A stretch of DNA of 37,299 nt from Octopus bimaculoides (taxonomy: Eukaryota), in the NCBI RefSeq assembly GCF_001194135.2, contig NC_068985.1, forward strand, positions 12,650,259 through 12,687,557, in the 5' to 3' direction. The position numbers and the translations under genes are program-made. Below, piece after piece: positions 35,564 to 37,299 of the stretch (within the stretch, counting starts at the first letter, position 1; each line of letters begins with the position of its first letter). The notes below the pieces were generated by a model. It ran no database searches. It saw only the letters and a program-made list of their open reading frames with translations, and was not told the origin of the DNA.

Positions 35564-35705
35564 GGCAGCGAGCTGGCAGAAACGTTAGCACGCCGGGCGA
35601 AATGCTTAGCGCTATTTCGTCTGCTGCTACATTCTGAGTTCATATTCCGCTGAGGTCGACTTTCCCTTTCATCCTTTCGGTGTCGATAAATTAAGTACCA
35701 GTTAT
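35564..35705 (+). mobile_element. SINE family C, well preserved, cut by gap 35706-36103
   Basis: GCGAGCTGGCAGAAACGTTAGCACGCCGGGCGAAATGCTTAGC...GAGGTCGACTTTCCCTTTCATCCTTTCGG. Confidence 0.9.
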
Positions 35706-36307
35706 NNNNNNNNNNNNNNNNNNNNNNNNNNNNNNNNNNNNNNNNNNNNNNNNNNNNNNNNNNNNNNNNNNNNNNNNNNNNNNNNNNNNNNNNNNNNNNN
35801 NNNNNNNNNNNNNNNNNNNNNNNNNNNNNNNNNNNNNNNNNNNNNNNNNNNNNNNNNNNNNNNNNNNNNNNNNNNNNNNNNNNNNNNNNNNNNNNNNNNN
35901 NNNNNNNNNNNNNNNNNNNNNNNNNNNNNNNNNNNNNNNNNNNNNNNNNNNNNNNNNNNNNNNNNNNNNNNNNNNNNNNNNNNNNNNNNNNNNNNNNNNN
36001 NNNNNNNNNNNNNNNNNNNNNNNNNNNNNNNNNNNNNNNNNNNNNNNNNNNNNNNNNNNNNNNNNNNNNNNNNNNNNNNNNNNNNNNNNNNNNNNNNNNN
36101 NNNGCGTCGAAGGTAGGTGAATCTACATATAATCGTTCGTCTTTATTTACCTATTTACACTCATTTTGGCGACGTATTGGTTTCTGTAGAGTATATTGAC
36201 TCAATATATAAAAATCTGCCAAATAACTTTTTCAGTGTACATTTACAGTTTGCTCTGTTTTAATATATTTTTCTCATTCACTTAAATTAAATTAACTAAG
36301 TTGATCA

Positions 36308-36367
36308 TATGTGTGTGTGTGAAGATACATGTATGCATGTATGTATGTATGTATGTATGTATGTATG

Positions 36368-36398
<31 letters not shown>

Positions 36399-36420
36399 GC
36401 CTGTCTATCTATCTATGCAT
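36308..36420. repeat. (TATG)n(TATC)n compound microsatellite
   Basis: Direct reading. Confidence 0.95.
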
Positions 36421-37299
36421 TTCTCTATGTAACTTGCACCATATATATAGATACGTGCCTAGAACTGTATTCGTATATGTCGGTCTGCCAAGGGACATAC
36501 AGGTATTATATATTGCACATTTATTTACATTTATATTTCTATCTTATAGTTATATGCGCATCTTTCCATGTCTGTGAGTGTGTCTGTTTGACTACTGCGG
36601 TGTACTCGTGCATTAATTAAGGTCCCTTTATACATGCTCATGTATACACGGTTTTTATGTCTTTGTTTGGGTACAGGAGAACATATGTGCACGTGTGTAT
36701 GCGTCTACGTGTGTATGTGTATGTACATATAAGCGTGCAAGGGCGGAGCTGCGTATGTATATAAATATATATGTATATATAGGTGTGTGTGTGTGTGTGT
36801 GTGAGTGTGTGAAGTAAAATAAGGCTTCAGATAAAATCAGGTACTTGAAAAGATATGCATCAGTTAGATAAACTTGTGCTTCTGGCCTATGGTTGTAAGT
36901 ATCAAATAGGATATTCCTGTTGCGTACACAAAGAAAACTAACCCTATGAGTAGTTAGCGTCTAGTGGTTGGTCCAAATCACTCGTTACGTTGAATACTAC
37001 GTTGTTGGTATAGTCTAGGGGGTCCGACAAGTCGTAAATTCCCTCAGTGTATTATATATAATCAACTTAATAATAAACATAATTGTCAGCTCATTAAAGT
37101 TGGCCACGGCAGACTTCAGCCACATCTCTGCTGTATTCTCGGGTTATACTTTTTTTTATATTTGTAGAATTACGCTTCATCTGATGATCACGGCTTCTTC
37201 TAATGGAGTAATGCTTTCATTTTTTTATTAAAAAAAGTAACGTAAGAAACAGTTGTAATGAGCGGAAAATTATCCCTCGTATTTTATAAATCATTTGGT

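Overview
AT-rich animal genomic DNA, inferred to be a coleoid cephalopod (most likely Octopus) from its tRNA-derived SINE families and very high microsatellite density. It is a draft assembly with six N-gaps, several abutting microsatellites. Almost all ORFs in the supplied track are microsatellite, N-gap or chance frames. Contents: (1) a probable plus-strand, small-exon gene of unknown identity with large introns; its best exons (11799-11842, 15301-15366, 20276-20410, 21541-21569) splice in frame, with further candidates out to ~34.1 kb and a possible CpG/YY1 promoter near 9.3 kb. (2) A minus-strand, intron-containing pseudogene at ~2.4-3.9 kb resembling an F-type-lectin/F5-8C single-pass membrane protein. 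(3) Many mobile-element relics: two tandem RLE-type (R4/Dong-like) LINE 3' ends in (TACA)n; two Penelope-like remnants with inverted ends, one with a GIY-YIG C-terminus and one with a degenerate hammerhead; an RTE 3' end; a LINE-like 3' UTR; an in-frame-deleted mariner; a fold-back mariner built from two 5' ends; a HINE-like element; and ~16 SINE copies, including all four combinations of two heads with two tails. There are no prokaryotic features, CRISPR arrays or true tRNA/rRNA genes. I found no clearly new biological system. The best leads concern transposon architecture, intronic dsRNA potential and the unannotated gene. All family names come from visual motif recognition, not database searches.
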